Shown here: positions 19,613 to 28,650 of the stretch, in pieces
Layout: every line of letters starts with the position of its first letter
Numbering within the stretch: position 1 is the first letter of the stretch
Source of the DNA: PVC group bacterium
GTDB lineage: Bacteria; Omnitrophota; Gorgyraeia; B26-G9
NCBI GenBank assembly: GCA_024231215.1
Contig: JAAEQR010000072.1
Coordinates: 513,210-577,209, forward strand
Direction of reading: 5' to 3'
Length of the DNA stretch: 64,000 bases
The notes under the pieces: model-generated
Database searches by the model: none
Told to the model about the DNA's origin: nothing
The model's input: only the letters and a program-made list of their open reading frames with translations
Program-made: the position numbers and the translations under genes

Positions 19613-21400
19613 ATGAGTAGAATTCCCGAACAAATATTAGAAGATATTCAGCAGCGTTTGGATATTGTTGAAATAGTTTCATCATATATCCCGCTAAAAA
19701 GAGCGGGAAGGAATTTTAAAGCATGCTGTCCTTTCCATCATGAAAAGACAGGATCGTTCATTGTTAGTCCGGATAAACAGATCTTTCACTGTTTTGGTTG
19801 TGGAGTAGGCGGAGATGTTTTTAGTTTTCTGATGAAATATGAACGTATGGAGTTTCCTGAAGCAGTGAAAATGCTGGCTGATAAGGCCGGGATTGATTTT
19901 GTGCAGGAGAAAACAAAGGATTCTTCACAGGTTGATTCTGTGTCGAAGGTTTTATATGAAGTAAATGAGCTGGCGGCTTTGTATTTTCAGCATATTTTAG
20001 TAAAGGATTCTCAGGCTGGAATTGCGCGTAAATATTTAAGCGGCAGAGGACTTACTCCGGAAAGTATTAAACGTTTTCGTCTGGGATTTGCCGGAGCGCA
20101 ATGGGATGGCCTGGTATTATTTTTACGTAAAAAAGGTATAAGTGATGCGTTGCTTGTCCGTTCAGGTGTTGCGCTTAAAAGCTCCCAGGGAAAAGTATAT
20201 GACCGGTTTAGAAACAGGGTAATGTTTCCGATTTTTAATCATCGGGGAAAAATTATTGGGTTTGGAGGCCGGATATTAGAAAGCACTGATACCGGAGGGC
20301 CTAAATATGTTAATTCTCCGGAGACGGAAATTTATAAAAAAAGTAAAACTCTTTATGGGTTTAATTTTAGTAAAGAATTTGTAAGTAAACAAAATTATTG
20401 TGTTGTTGTTGAAGGATATTTAGATTTCATTATCCCGTTTCAAGCCGGAATGAAAAATTTGGTGGCTTCTTCGGGAACGGCGTTTACGATAGATCACATA
20501 CGATTGATAAAACGGTATACCTCTAATCTGGTTATTGTTTTTGATGCAGATGATGCTGGTCGGGAAGCTGCTTTGCGCAGTCTTGATCCGCTGATTGAAG
20601 AGGGTATGAATGTGCGTATTGTGAATCTTGAGCCGGGATTCGATCCGGATAGCTGGGTGCGTGCTAAAGGAGCGGAAGGTTTCAGCCGGAGTATTGATGC
20701 GGCAAAGAATTTATTTGATTTTAAATTAGGATTGTTGCTTGATAGATTTAAACGGGATGTGCCGGAAGAAAAAGCGCAAATTGCGCATGAGATGTTGAGC
20801 ACAATTAAAAAAGTAAGTAATGCGGTGATCCGGGCGAGTTATATTAAAAAGCTTTCGGAAACGATTAATGTCCCGGAAGAAGCTTTATTGGCAGAACTGC
20901 AGAAAGTTAAAGTATCTGTTGCATATGAAAGGAAAAGAGACGATTCTTATAATCAAGGGGTAACTAATGTTTCTAGTGCCGCGGAAAAAATGTTGCTTTC
21001 TCTGATGTTTGAAAATGAGAAGTTCATTAGCCAGGGCAAAGAGTCGATTAGTTGCGATGAGTTTAAGGATCCTACGATAAAAAAGATTACTAAGTATTTG
21101 TATGAGGCAAAAGAAGCAACTGCTCCGGTAACAATACTTAGTAAGGTCAATGATCCGGAAGTGAAGTCATTTATCAGCAGTCTTCTTGTTGCTGATTTAG
21201 GGATTAATGACCAGCAGAAAAGTTTTGATGACTGTGTTCGAAAGATCAAAAAGGACGCGGTGAAAATGCAGATTACGATGATACAAAAGGATATTAATCG
21301 AGCTGCGCAGGATGATGGTGATACAGAGAAATTACACGGTTTATATAAAAGGTTTCACCTTTTAAAAAAGGAGCTGAAAATTTATGAAGAAGGCAACTAA
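19613..21400 (+). CDS. dnaG: DNA primase
   Basis: CHC2 finger [52 protein letters not shown]. Confidence 0.97.
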   Translation: MSRIPEQILEDIQQRLDIVEIVSSYIPLKRAGRNFKACCPFHHEKTGSFIVSPDKQIFHCFGCGVGGDVFSFLMKYERMEFPEAVKMLADKAGIDFVQEKTKDSSQVDSVSKVLYEVNELAALYFQHILVKDSQAGIARKYLSGRGLTPESIKRFRLGFAGAQWDGLVLFLRKKGISDALLVRSGVALKSSQGKVYDRFRNRVMFPIFNHRGKIIGFGGRILESTDTGGPKYVNSPETEIYKKSKTLYGFNFSKEFVSKQNYCVVVEGYLDFIIPFQAGMKNLVASSGTAFTIDHIRLIKRYTSNLVIVFDADDAGREAALRSLDPLIEEGMNVRIVNLEPGFDPDSWVRAKGAEGFSRSIDAAKNLFDFKLGLLLDRFKRDVPEEKAQIAHEMLSTIKKVSNAVIRASYIKKLSETINVPEEALLAELQKVKVSVAYERKRDDSYNQGVTNVSSAAEKMLLSLMFENEKFISQGKESISCDEFKDPTIKKITKYLYEAKEATAPVTILSKVNDPEVKSFISSLLVADLGINDQQKSFDDCVRKIKKDAVKMQITMIQKDINRAAQDDGDTEKLHGLYKRFHLLKKELKIYEEGN

Positions 21401-23261
21401 GAAAAAAAATAAGAAAGTTGTCAAGAAGCTGGCGAAAAAGACTGTGAAGAAGACTGCTAAGAAAACCGCAAAGAAGGTTGTAAAGAAGATTGCAAAGAAG
21501 GCGGTAAAAAAGACTGTGAAAAAGACAGTCAGAAAAGCAGTAAAGAAGACGGTCAAGAAAGCAGTGAAGAAGGCAACGAAAAAAACTGTGAAGAAGATTG
21601 AGAAGAAGACTGTCTTGCGTACTGTGAAAAAAGCAGTTAAAAAGAGGCCGGTGAGTAAGTCGGTGGTGAAAAAATCAGTGGCTAACGTGGTGAAAAACGG
21701 CATACGCAATATTAAAGGCTTGAGTAAGCTTATTGCCGCTGGGAAACAGAAAGGTTTTCTTACTTTTGATGAGTTGAATCATTTCTTGCCGGAAAATATT
21801 GTGACTTCAGAAGAGATCGATGAAATACTTACGGTTTTAGACGGAGAGAATATCGACGTAGTTGATTCCGAAGAAGATGCTGTTAAATTGGCTGAAAAAA
21901 GAGGCGATGAGGAAGAAAAAACGACGACTACTACGGCTTCAGAAGGAAGTGTTCCGACATATGTAGAAGATCCGGTTAGGATGTATTTAAGACAGATGGG
22001 ACAGATACCTCTTTTGTCCAGGGAAGAAGAGTTGAAACTGGCTAAAGAGATTGAGGCAGCTGAATCGAAATTCAGAAGGGCGATTTTGGGTTCTAATGTA
22101 GCTCGGTACGAGGTATTAAGAATTGCAAATCAGATTATCAATAAAGAAGTTAATCCTGAAGAAGTCGTGCGTGATGAGTTTAATATGAAATATAGCCGGT
22201 TGCTTCGTCGTGTAACTAAAATTACGGCCAGACTGCGTACTGTGCGTAAAGCGGAAAGTATTCTGGATACATTGTTGGAATTCAATTTGACAGTGTCGAT
22301 GATCGAAAAGATTACTAAGATGATCAGAAGAAAAGCAGAAATGATCTCCGAAATAGAAAGGGAGATCAACCGGCAGCGTCATAAGAAGATACGTGGGCAA
22401 ATACAGAAACTTCAGCTTAAGAAAGCAAAGATCTATCGAGAGTTTGGGATGAAGATAGAAGATATCCGTAAGATGCTGCGCAATATGAAGCGCAAGGAAA
22501 ACGAATTTGGTTTGACTAAAAAAGCTTTGGTTGAAGCGAATTTGCGTTTAGTTGTTAGTATTGCTAAAAAATATACTAATCGCGGCTTATCTTTCCTGGA
22601 TCTTATTCAGGAGGGAAATATCGGATTGATGAAAGCAGTTGATAAGTTTGAGTATAAGCGTGGTTATAAGTTCAGTACTTATGCAACCTGGTGGATTAGA
22701 CAGGCAATTACTCGGTCTATTGCTGATCAGTCAAGAACGATCAGAATTCCGGTGCATATGACCGAAACTATAAACAAGCTTATTCGGGCTTCCCGGTTTC
22801 TTGTTCAGGAGCATGGCCGGGAGCCGACTCCTGAAGAGTTAAGTTCAGTAATGAAGATGTCTGTAGATAAGATTAGAGGCATTTTAAAAATTGCCCAAGA
22901 ACCGATTTCCCTGCAGACACCGATAGGTGAAGAGGGAGATACTCATTTTGGTGATTTTATTGAAGATAAGCGTGTGGTTAGTCCGGCTACGGCTACGGCG
23001 CATTCGATGCTTAAAGAACAGATGGAACAGGTGATGGAAACGCTCTCTGACAGAGAAAAGAGGGTATTGATATTGCGCTTTGGGATAAAAGACGGGTACC
23101 CTCGTACTTTAGAAGAAGTCGGAAAAGTATTTAATGTTACCCGTGAAAGGGTGCGTCAGATAGAAGCAAAGGCTTTAAGGAAACTGCGTCATCCAACGCG
23201 AAGTAAAAAACTGCGTGATTTTCTCGAAATTACAATGGGAGAACATCGCGATTTCTTATAA
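21384..23261 (+). CDS. rpoD: RNA polymerase primary sigma factor with a Lys-rich N-terminal extension
   Basis: Region 1.1 ([12 protein letters not shown]), 1.2 DPVRMYL, 2 [25 protein letters not shown], 4 TRERVRQIE; downstream of dnaG. Confidence 0.97.
   Translation: MKKATKKKNKKVVKKLAKKTVKKTAKKTAKKVVKKIAKKAVKKTVKKTVRKAVKKTVKKAVKKATKKTVKKIEKKTVLRTVKKAVKKRPVSKSVVKKSVANVVKNGIRNIKGLSKLIAAGKQKGFLTFDELNHFLPENIVTSEEIDEILTVLDGENIDVVDSEEDAVKLAEKRGDEEEKTTTTTASEGSVPTYVEDPVRMYLRQMGQIPLLSREEELKLAKEIEAAESKFRRAILGSNVARYEVLRIANQIINKEVNPEEVVRDEFNMKYSRLLRRVTKITARLRTVRKAESILDTLLEFNLTVSMIEKITKMIRRKAEMISEIEREINRQRHKKIRGQIQKLQLKKAKIYREFGMKIEDIRKMLRNMKRKENEFGLTKKALVEANLRLVVSIAKKYTNRGLSFLDLIQEGNIGLMKAVDKFEYKRGYKFSTYATWWIRQAITRSIADQSRTIRIPVHMTETINKLIRASRFLVQEHGREPTPEELSSVMKMSVDKIRGILKIAQEPISLQTPIGEEGDTHFGDFIEDKRVVSPATATAHSMLKEQMEQVMETLSDREKRVLILRFGIKDGYPRTLEEVGKVFNVTRERVRQIEAKALRKLRHPTRSKKLRDFLEITMGEHRDFL
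21387..21700 (+). repeat. Degenerate 12-nt (KKxV/KKxA tetrapeptide) coding repeat in the rpoD 5' region
   Basis: [54 protein letters not shown]; synonymous codons are diverged. Confidence 0.85.
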
Positions 23262-23281
23262 TCCAATGCAAATTCTGGGAT

Positions 23282-23319
23282 TTAATAAGCCGATAGGAGT
23301 ATTCCTATCGGCTTATTAA
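23282..23319. terminator. Perfect inverted repeat after rpoD (probable terminator)
   Basis: TTAATAAGCCGATAGGA-gtat-TCCTATCGGCTTATTAA, a 17-bp stem. Confidence 0.8.
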
Positions 23320-23324
23320 TGTCC

Positions 23325-23353
23325 TTGACTTCCCTCGGTAATTCTGCTATTAT
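23325..23353 (+). promoter_or_regulatory. sigma70 promoter of the tRNA pair
   Basis: TTGACT-17 nt-TATTAT with extended TG. Confidence 0.7.
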
Positions 23354-23374
23354 TTAATCTTGTTATTTTCATGT

Positions 23375-23451
23375 GGGCCCGTAGCTCAGTTGGTTAGAGC
23401 AGGAGACTCATAATCTCTTGGTCCGGGGTTCGAGTCCCTGCGGGCCCACCA
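23375..23451 (+). tRNA. tRNA with CAT anticodon, most likely tRNA-Ile2 (lysidine)
   Basis: Full cloverleaf GGGCCCG/CGGGCCC-A-CCA, loop CT-CAT-AA. It lacks the initiator C1:A72 mismatch and 3 G:C pairs, and resembles E. coli ileX, which also lies near rpoD. Confidence 0.88.
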
Positions 23452-23456
23452 TTTTT

Positions 23457-23533
23457 GGGCGATTAGCTCAGTTGGTTGGAGCGCTGCGTTCACATCGCAG
23501 AGGTCACTGGTTCGAGTCCAGTATCGCCCACCA
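23457..23533 (+). tRNA. tRNA-Val(CAC)
   Basis: Acceptor GGGCGAT/ATCGCCC, anticodon stem CTGCG/CGCAG, loop TT-CAC-AT, GGTTCGAGTCC, CCA. Confidence 0.95.
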
Positions 23534-23600
23534 GTAATTGAGTTAAAATTGATATTTAATTATATTTTAATAATCTAATAAGAGAGGAACTCACCGAAAA

Positions 23601-24311
23601 ATGAAAGATTTAGATAAGCTGATAAGATTGCAGGAGATAGATTCTCAGATCTTTAAATTAAAAAGTGAATTAGAATCAGATCCTCAGAAAATTGCAGCAT
23701 TGGAGTCGGATTTTCAGTCTGCTTCTGAGAGCTTAACACATTTAGAGGGTGAGTTAAAACAGTTCCAATTAAAGCGTAAAGAAAAAGAACTGGATTTAGA
23801 CTCGAAAGAACAGAATATTGCAAAACAAAAAACCCAGCTTTTTCAGGTTAAATCAAATAAGGAATATAATGCTCTTCAGCTGGAGATAAACAAAGTCAAG
23901 GCGGATAATTCTTTACTTGAAGAAGAAATCATCGGAATTTTAGAACAAGTTGAGAAAGCTCAACAGGCGGTAGCGAAAGAAAAAGAAAACGTAGCCGTAA
24001 AGGATCAGGAATTTAAAAATCAGAAAAAAGAGATTGAGATTGCAATGACAGAGTTAAAGCAGCAGATAGACGGCTTGAAAGTAAAGCGGGATATTATCCA
24101 GAAGGAAGGGATTACTCCTGAGGTTCTAGAGTTGTATACTCGGATTATAGCCCATACCGGAGAGCTTGCGGTTGTTCCGGTTGTAACTGATGTATGTCAG
24201 GGATGTTTTCGTACTGTACGGGTGCAGATAGTTAATGAACTGCATTTGGGTAAATTGGTTACCTGTGAAAATTGTGCCAGAATTTTATATGTGGAAACAA
24301 ATGAAGAGTGA
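23601..24311 (+). CDS. Coiled-coil C4 zinc-ribbon protein (DUF164/CT398-like)
   Basis: LQEIDSQI, long heptad region, NKEYNAL, CQGC...CENCARILY. Confidence 0.88.
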   Translation: MKDLDKLIRLQEIDSQIFKLKSELESDPQKIAALESDFQSASESLTHLEGELKQFQLKRKEKELDLDSKEQNIAKQKTQLFQVKSNKEYNALQLEINKVKADNSLLEEEIIGILEQVEKAQQAVAKEKENVAVKDQEFKNQKKEIEIAMTELKQQIDGLKVKRDIIQKEGITPEVLELYTRIIAHTGELAVVPVVTDVCQGCFRTVRVQIVNELHLGKLVTCENCARILYVETNEE

Positions 24312-24741
24312 AGCTGATTTTGTTATTTATATTGACGGGGCATCTTCTGGGAATCCGGGAGATGCGGCGATCGGCGTTGTAATCAGGGATTTAACGTCTC
24401 AAAAAGAAGAAACGATTTCTCAATATATAGGCAAGACAACTAATAATGTTGCTGAATACACAGCATTAATTATAGCTTTAGAAAAAGCTTTGAAAATGGG
24501 AGTTCAAAATGTATCGGTTAAAAGTGATAGTGAACTTCTGGTTAAGCAATTAAAAGGCGAATATAAAGTTAAAAGTGATAATTTAAAAGAGTTGAATATA
24601 AAAGCAGGTGCTTTGATCCGAAAATTTCCTTGTTTTAAAATAGAGCATGTTCGCCGGGAATTTAATAAAGAAGCGGATAAGCTAGCTAAACAGGGTGTTA
24701 CAGATTATAAGAGAGCAAGCCGGATGGTCGCTCCAGAGTAA
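24301..24741 (+). CDS. rnhA: Ribonuclease HI family protein
   Basis: YIDGASSGNPG, TNNVAEY, SDSELLVKQ, HVRREFNKEADKLA. Confidence 0.92.
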   Translation: MKSEADFVIYIDGASSGNPGDAAIGVVIRDLTSQKEETISQYIGKTTNNVAEYTALIIALEKALKMGVQNVSVKSDSELLVKQLKGEYKVKSDNLKELNIKAGALIRKFPCFKIEHVRREFNKEADKLAKQGVTDYKRASRMVAPE

Positions 24742-25037
24742 TTTATTTTGGGGAGGAAAGTCCGAGCTCCACAGGGCAGCGTAGTGGGTAACGCCCACCC
24801 TTGTCTGTACATAGTACCGATGGGCGGATTAGAGCAGCAGTGACGATGTCTCGCTTCGGCGGGAAGTGAAACGTGGCAATCTCTACGTGGAGCAAGACCG
24901 AATAGGGGGAGGGTTGCCCGCCTGTTAGTCCCCGGGTTAGGTCGCAACGATTCTGCAGAGTAATCTGCAGGGCAAGATGAATGACTATCACCTCGACATG
25001 TTTGAGGCACAGAACTCGGCTTATAGGCTTGCTCTCT
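24710..25037 (+). ncRNA. rnpB: RNase P RNA (type A-like)
   Basis: P1 AGAGAGCAAGC/GCTTGCTCTCT, CR-I GAGGAAAGTCC, GGAGCAAG, CR-V ACAGAACTCGGCTTA, P18 CTGCAGA-GTAA-TCTGCAG. Confidence 0.95.
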
Positions 25038-25126
25038 TTTATCATTCCTAGATCATATTATTCCTTCTTATCTGAAAAAATAATATTCTCAATAGGCTAC
25101 AAATATTAAGGAAAGGGATATTTCTA

Positions 25127-25156
25127 TTGACTTAATACTTATAAATAGATTATAAT
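25127..25156 (+). promoter_or_regulatory. Putative promoter of the TolC-RND operon
   Basis: TTGACT-18 nt-TATAAT. Confidence 0.6.
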
Positions 25157-25205
25157 AATGCCAAAGAAGTATATAAAAGGATGTTAACCTTTCCGGCAAA
25201 AGGAA

Positions 25206-27353
25206 TTGCGTAAGGTGCAGCGAAAAATAATCATAAAATTTATCGTTAGCGTTGTACTGTCATTAGGAATATTGTCTTTTCCTAATTCTTCGTGTTATGC
25301 CCAAAGCCTGGCTAAATTAAAAAAAATTTATCTCAAAAAAACAGAAAGCAGCCTGCAAATATTCCTGGAACATTCAAAGTCACCTGTCCGTTTTGACGTG
25401 GAAACCTCAGAGAAAAATCTAAAACTCAATGTTGATATTAGAGGTTCTAAGATTACTTTTAAAGAGTATGAAAATGCACCCATAGAAATACCGGTGAATG
25501 AACAAGGGGTAAAAAGGATTATTCTGGAAGAAAAATTTGATCATGAGCAAGTTCCGCCGCAGTCAGTTTCTATGATTGTAGAAATGAAGCAGCCTTTTAT
25601 TTATAGCCTGGATTCGCAGTGGAATGATCAATTTGTTGTAATAGAGATTACTCCTGATGATAAGGTTGTTTCAAAGACAAGCAGGGGGTCTAAAGTAGCA
25701 GCAACCGGTCCTTCTCAAAAGATTAAAAAAATTAGAAAAATAAAAGATAGAGAAGCTCAAAAAGCAAGGAAGCGTTTAGAGGCGTTTACGGAAAAAAAGA
25801 GATTAGAGTCTATTCAAAAGGAAACTAAGGAAAAACTCATTAAGGTTCGTAAGCAAGCCCAAGAACGAGTTGAATCCGGCAAACCGATCAAAGAAGCGTA
25901 TGAGAAGCTTAAAACAGAATCGAAAAAAAGAAAAATATCCAAAGTCCGAAAACAAAGTGCTGAAAATATTTTGTACAAAGATGTGAGCATGCCTTCTGAG
26001 TCCCAGCCAATCATCCGCCGTGGTACAGCATCTGAAACAGAAATTAAAAGTATTGAAGATTGTATAACTATTGCCATGGATAAAAATATCACGATTCAGA
26101 TTGCTAAGGAACAACGGGAATTATCCAGATTGCGAGTGAGGGAAGCTCGCCGCGCATTTTATCCGGCATTTTTGGGACAGTGGAGAGAAACGGATGGAAA
26201 AACTGTAAGTGAACCTTATCGAGGGCGTTCTTACGGATTTCAGATAGAGCAGGCTCTTTTTAGCGGCGGTAAACTTACGGCCACTTTACGTAAAGAACAG
26301 TTAGGAGAGTTGATTGCCCAGGGAAATTTAGAGAGAATGAAACAGGATGTTATTTTTAATGTAGGTAAAGCATATTATGAAATGGTTGCGGCAAAGAAGG
26401 TTGTTGATCAGATGAGGTTTTTAAAAGAGCGGGAGGTGAAAATTTTAGAGACAGTTGAGAAAGAGTTTAAAATATTCTCGGCAACGCCGGCAATACTGCT
26501 TACCGCCCAATCTCTTTATAATCAGGTATGTTTTCAGGTTACCTCGGCAGAAAGAGAATTCTTTCTAGCTAAGTTGAAGTTGGAAAAAGCGATGTTTACG
26601 GAAAATATTAATATCGACGGGCTCAACTATCATTTGCCGCGTCGTAGTATTACCACAAAGTTAGATGAATGTATGGATTTGGCATTTAGAAACAGGCCGG
26701 AGTTAAAGATACTTCAAAAATCTATAGAAGCAGCAAAATATGGTGAAGATATTATTCGAAGTGAAGAATTTCCTAATGTTAGCATTATTGGTAATTATGG
26801 CAGAAGCGGGGAAGCATTTGATCAGCGGGAACTTACTTTGGCTAAAGAGTGGAAGCTTATGGGGCAGGTAAAGTGGTTTCTGGGAGGTAATACAGTTGAA
26901 TCAGGATATACAAGAGATCAGGTTACGCCTTATAAAATTACTAAAACAGATACTAATTTAAAATCCCAGAGTTTTGATACAAAATTCTCCTTCTGGGATA
27001 ATCTGGCTCATTTTTCAAAACGTAAAGAAGCGCAAATTACGCGTAAGCAGGCGGAAAAAGACTTAGCGGAAATGCGTAATAAAATAAAGCAGGAAGTAGA
27101 AGATGCGTATTATTCATATATAAAATTTAATTCCCAGCTAGGGTTTTCTTTGAACGAAATTGGATTCAGGCGTAAGCAATTGGAAATAGCGAAGACGAAA
27201 AAGGGTATGAATGAAGCTAGTGGTGCTGAGGTTATGGATTCAGAACTCCAGTTGGCGCAGGCAAATGCCAACTATGCTCAAGCACTGGCGGCAATTAATG
27301 CCACAATTATAAGTTTGAACCGAGCGATTGGTGTTATCGGTTATTTTAAATAG
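25206..27353 (+). CDS. TolC-family outer-membrane factor with a long N-terminal periplasmic extension
   Basis: Signal peptide; OEP repeats from about aa 280 (SIEDCITIAMDKN, AFYP, LFSGG, KAYY, AFRNRPEL, VEDAYY). Start could be GTG 25215. Confidence 0.85.
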   Translation: MRKVQRKIIIKFIVSVVLSLGILSFPNSSCYAQSLAKLKKIYLKKTESSLQIFLEHSKSPVRFDVETSEKNLKLNVDIRGSKITFKEYENAPIEIPVNEQGVKRIILEEKFDHEQVPPQSVSMIVEMKQPFIYSLDSQWNDQFVVIEITPDDKVVSKTSRGSKVAATGPSQKIKKIRKIKDREAQKARKRLEAFTEKKRLESIQKETKEKLIKVRKQAQERVESGKPIKEAYEKLKTESKKRKISKVRKQSAENILYKDVSMPSESQPIIRRGTASETEIKSIEDCITIAMDKNITIQIAKEQRELSRLRVREARRAFYPAFLGQWRETDGKTVSEPYRGRSYGFQIEQALFSGGKLTATLRKEQLGELIAQGNLERMKQDVIFNVGKAYYEMVAAKKVVDQMRFLKEREVKILETVEKEFKIFSATPAILLTAQSLYNQVCFQVTSAEREFFLAKLKLEKAMFTENINIDGLNYHLPRRSITTKLDECMDLAFRNRPELKILQKSIEAAKYGEDIIRSEEFPNVSIIGNYGRSGEAFDQRELTLAKEWKLMGQVKWFLGGNTVESGYTRDQVTPYKITKTDTNLKSQSFDTKFSFWDNLAHFSKRKEAQITRKQAEKDLAEMRNKIKQEVEDAYYSYIKFNSQLGFSLNEIGFRRKQLEIAKTKKGMNEASGAEVMDSELQLAQANANYAQALAAINATIISLNRAIGVIGYFK

Positions 27354-27386
27354 TGAAAAACATTGTAAATTGCCAAGGAGGATCAG

Positions 27387-28586
27387 ATGAGACAATCGAT
27401 ATTCATGTTCATAGTTGTAGTTATGCTTATCATCGGTATTGGATGGTGGGGAGTGAATAAAGGCGGATGGTTTCAGGATAAGGGTATTTTAGAAAAAGCT
27501 GAAAGTGCGTTGGAATCAGAAGGAGAGGCCCCCCAAAGCGAAGAAAAGCCTGAAAAAGAAAAAGGTTTTATTAGTCAGAGGGGACTGGCAATTAAGGCTT
27601 ATAAGATTTCCCGATCTACATTTGAAGATTTTTTGCCGGCAATGGGATCAATTAAAGGTGATATAACCAGAAAATTGAATTTTGAAGCTCCAGGAATAGT
27701 GGAAGAAATCAATTTCCGGGAAGGTGATTTAGTTAAAGAGGATCAGCTTGTGAGCCGGTTAAAACAAGATGAAGCAAAATTAAAAATTGAATATAATCAG
27801 GCAAAACTGAAATCAGCAATGGTTGGTCTTTCTCAGGCAGAAAAAAAGGTAAAACTACATAGGGAATTGTTTGATATTGGTGCAATAACCAAATTAAAAT
27901 TATCTGAGGTTGAGGCTGAAGCCGGGAATGCGCAGCATCAGGTGGAAGCGGCTCAGGTGGAAATTTCTTCGGCAAAAGAAGAAATGAAAAAGACAGAAAT
28001 GTATGCGCCGAAAGATTGTATTATAAGTGAAAGAAATATTGAAATAGGAGAGCTGGTTACGCCTTATACTCAGGCGGCAATTGAGGTGATAGAAATCGGT
28101 ACGGTTTATGCCGAAGTTGGGATTGTGGAACGAGATATTACAAAAGTTAAGATCGGTCAGTTAGCGCGTATTTATGTTGATGCATATCCGGAAATAGCAT
28201 TTGACGGTATTGTTGATAATGTCTATCCGAAATTATCGGAAAAGACGCGTACCTTGCCTTTGGATATAAAAATCGATAATTCAAGACGAATGCTTATGCC
28301 GGGTATGTTTTCCCGGGCAGATATAGTTCTTTTTGAAAAGCCTGGAGTAATCAGTATTCCTAGGATTGGAATTAAAAAAGGTGAAGATGTTTCTGTTGTA
28401 TATGTAGTGGATCAAACGGAAAATATTACTGTAGAGAGATTGGTAGAAACAGGTTATGAATCTACCGATTATATAGAAATAACAAAGGGGCTTAAAGAGG
28501 GCGATCTTGTAGCTATTTCTAATGTAGAAGGCCTAACTTCCGGAACCCCTATCCAGGTAACCGAAATCCAGATTAGGGAAATGTAA
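27387..28586 (+). CDS. RND efflux membrane-fusion (periplasmic adaptor) protein
   Basis: N-terminal TM, lipoyl half-motifs (GIVEEINFREGDLV, YAPKDCII..GELV), LMPGMF, GLKEGDLV. Confidence 0.92.
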   Translation: MRQSIFMFIVVVMLIIGIGWWGVNKGGWFQDKGILEKAESALESEGEAPQSEEKPEKEKGFISQRGLAIKAYKISRSTFEDFLPAMGSIKGDITRKLNFEAPGIVEEINFREGDLVKEDQLVSRLKQDEAKLKIEYNQAKLKSAMVGLSQAEKKVKLHRELFDIGAITKLKLSEVEAEAGNAQHQVEAAQVEISSAKEEMKKTEMYAPKDCIISERNIEIGELVTPYTQAAIEVIEIGTVYAEVGIVERDITKVKIGQLARIYVDAYPEIAFDGIVDNVYPKLSEKTRTLPLDIKIDNSRRMLMPGMFSRADIVLFEKPGVISIPRIGIKKGEDVSVVYVVDQTENITVERLVETGYESTDYIEITKGLKEGDLVAISNVEGLTSGTPIQVTEIQIREM

Positions 28587-28615
28587 TGCAAGAAATGAAT
28601 GTTAATTATAATGTT

Positions 28616-28650
<35 letters not shown>

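Noticed and set aside
21362-21709. Minus-strand Phe/Thr-rich 115-aa ORF
   Set aside because: It is the antisense shadow of the Lys-rich rpoD repeat.
23375-23533. tRNAs as integration sites of an island
   Set aside because: I saw no duplicated tRNA 3' end in the window, and the downstream genes are housekeeping.
24705-25045. Two minus-strand ORFs of about 100 aa
   Set aside because: They are antisense to the GC-rich RNase P RNA and have no protein motifs.
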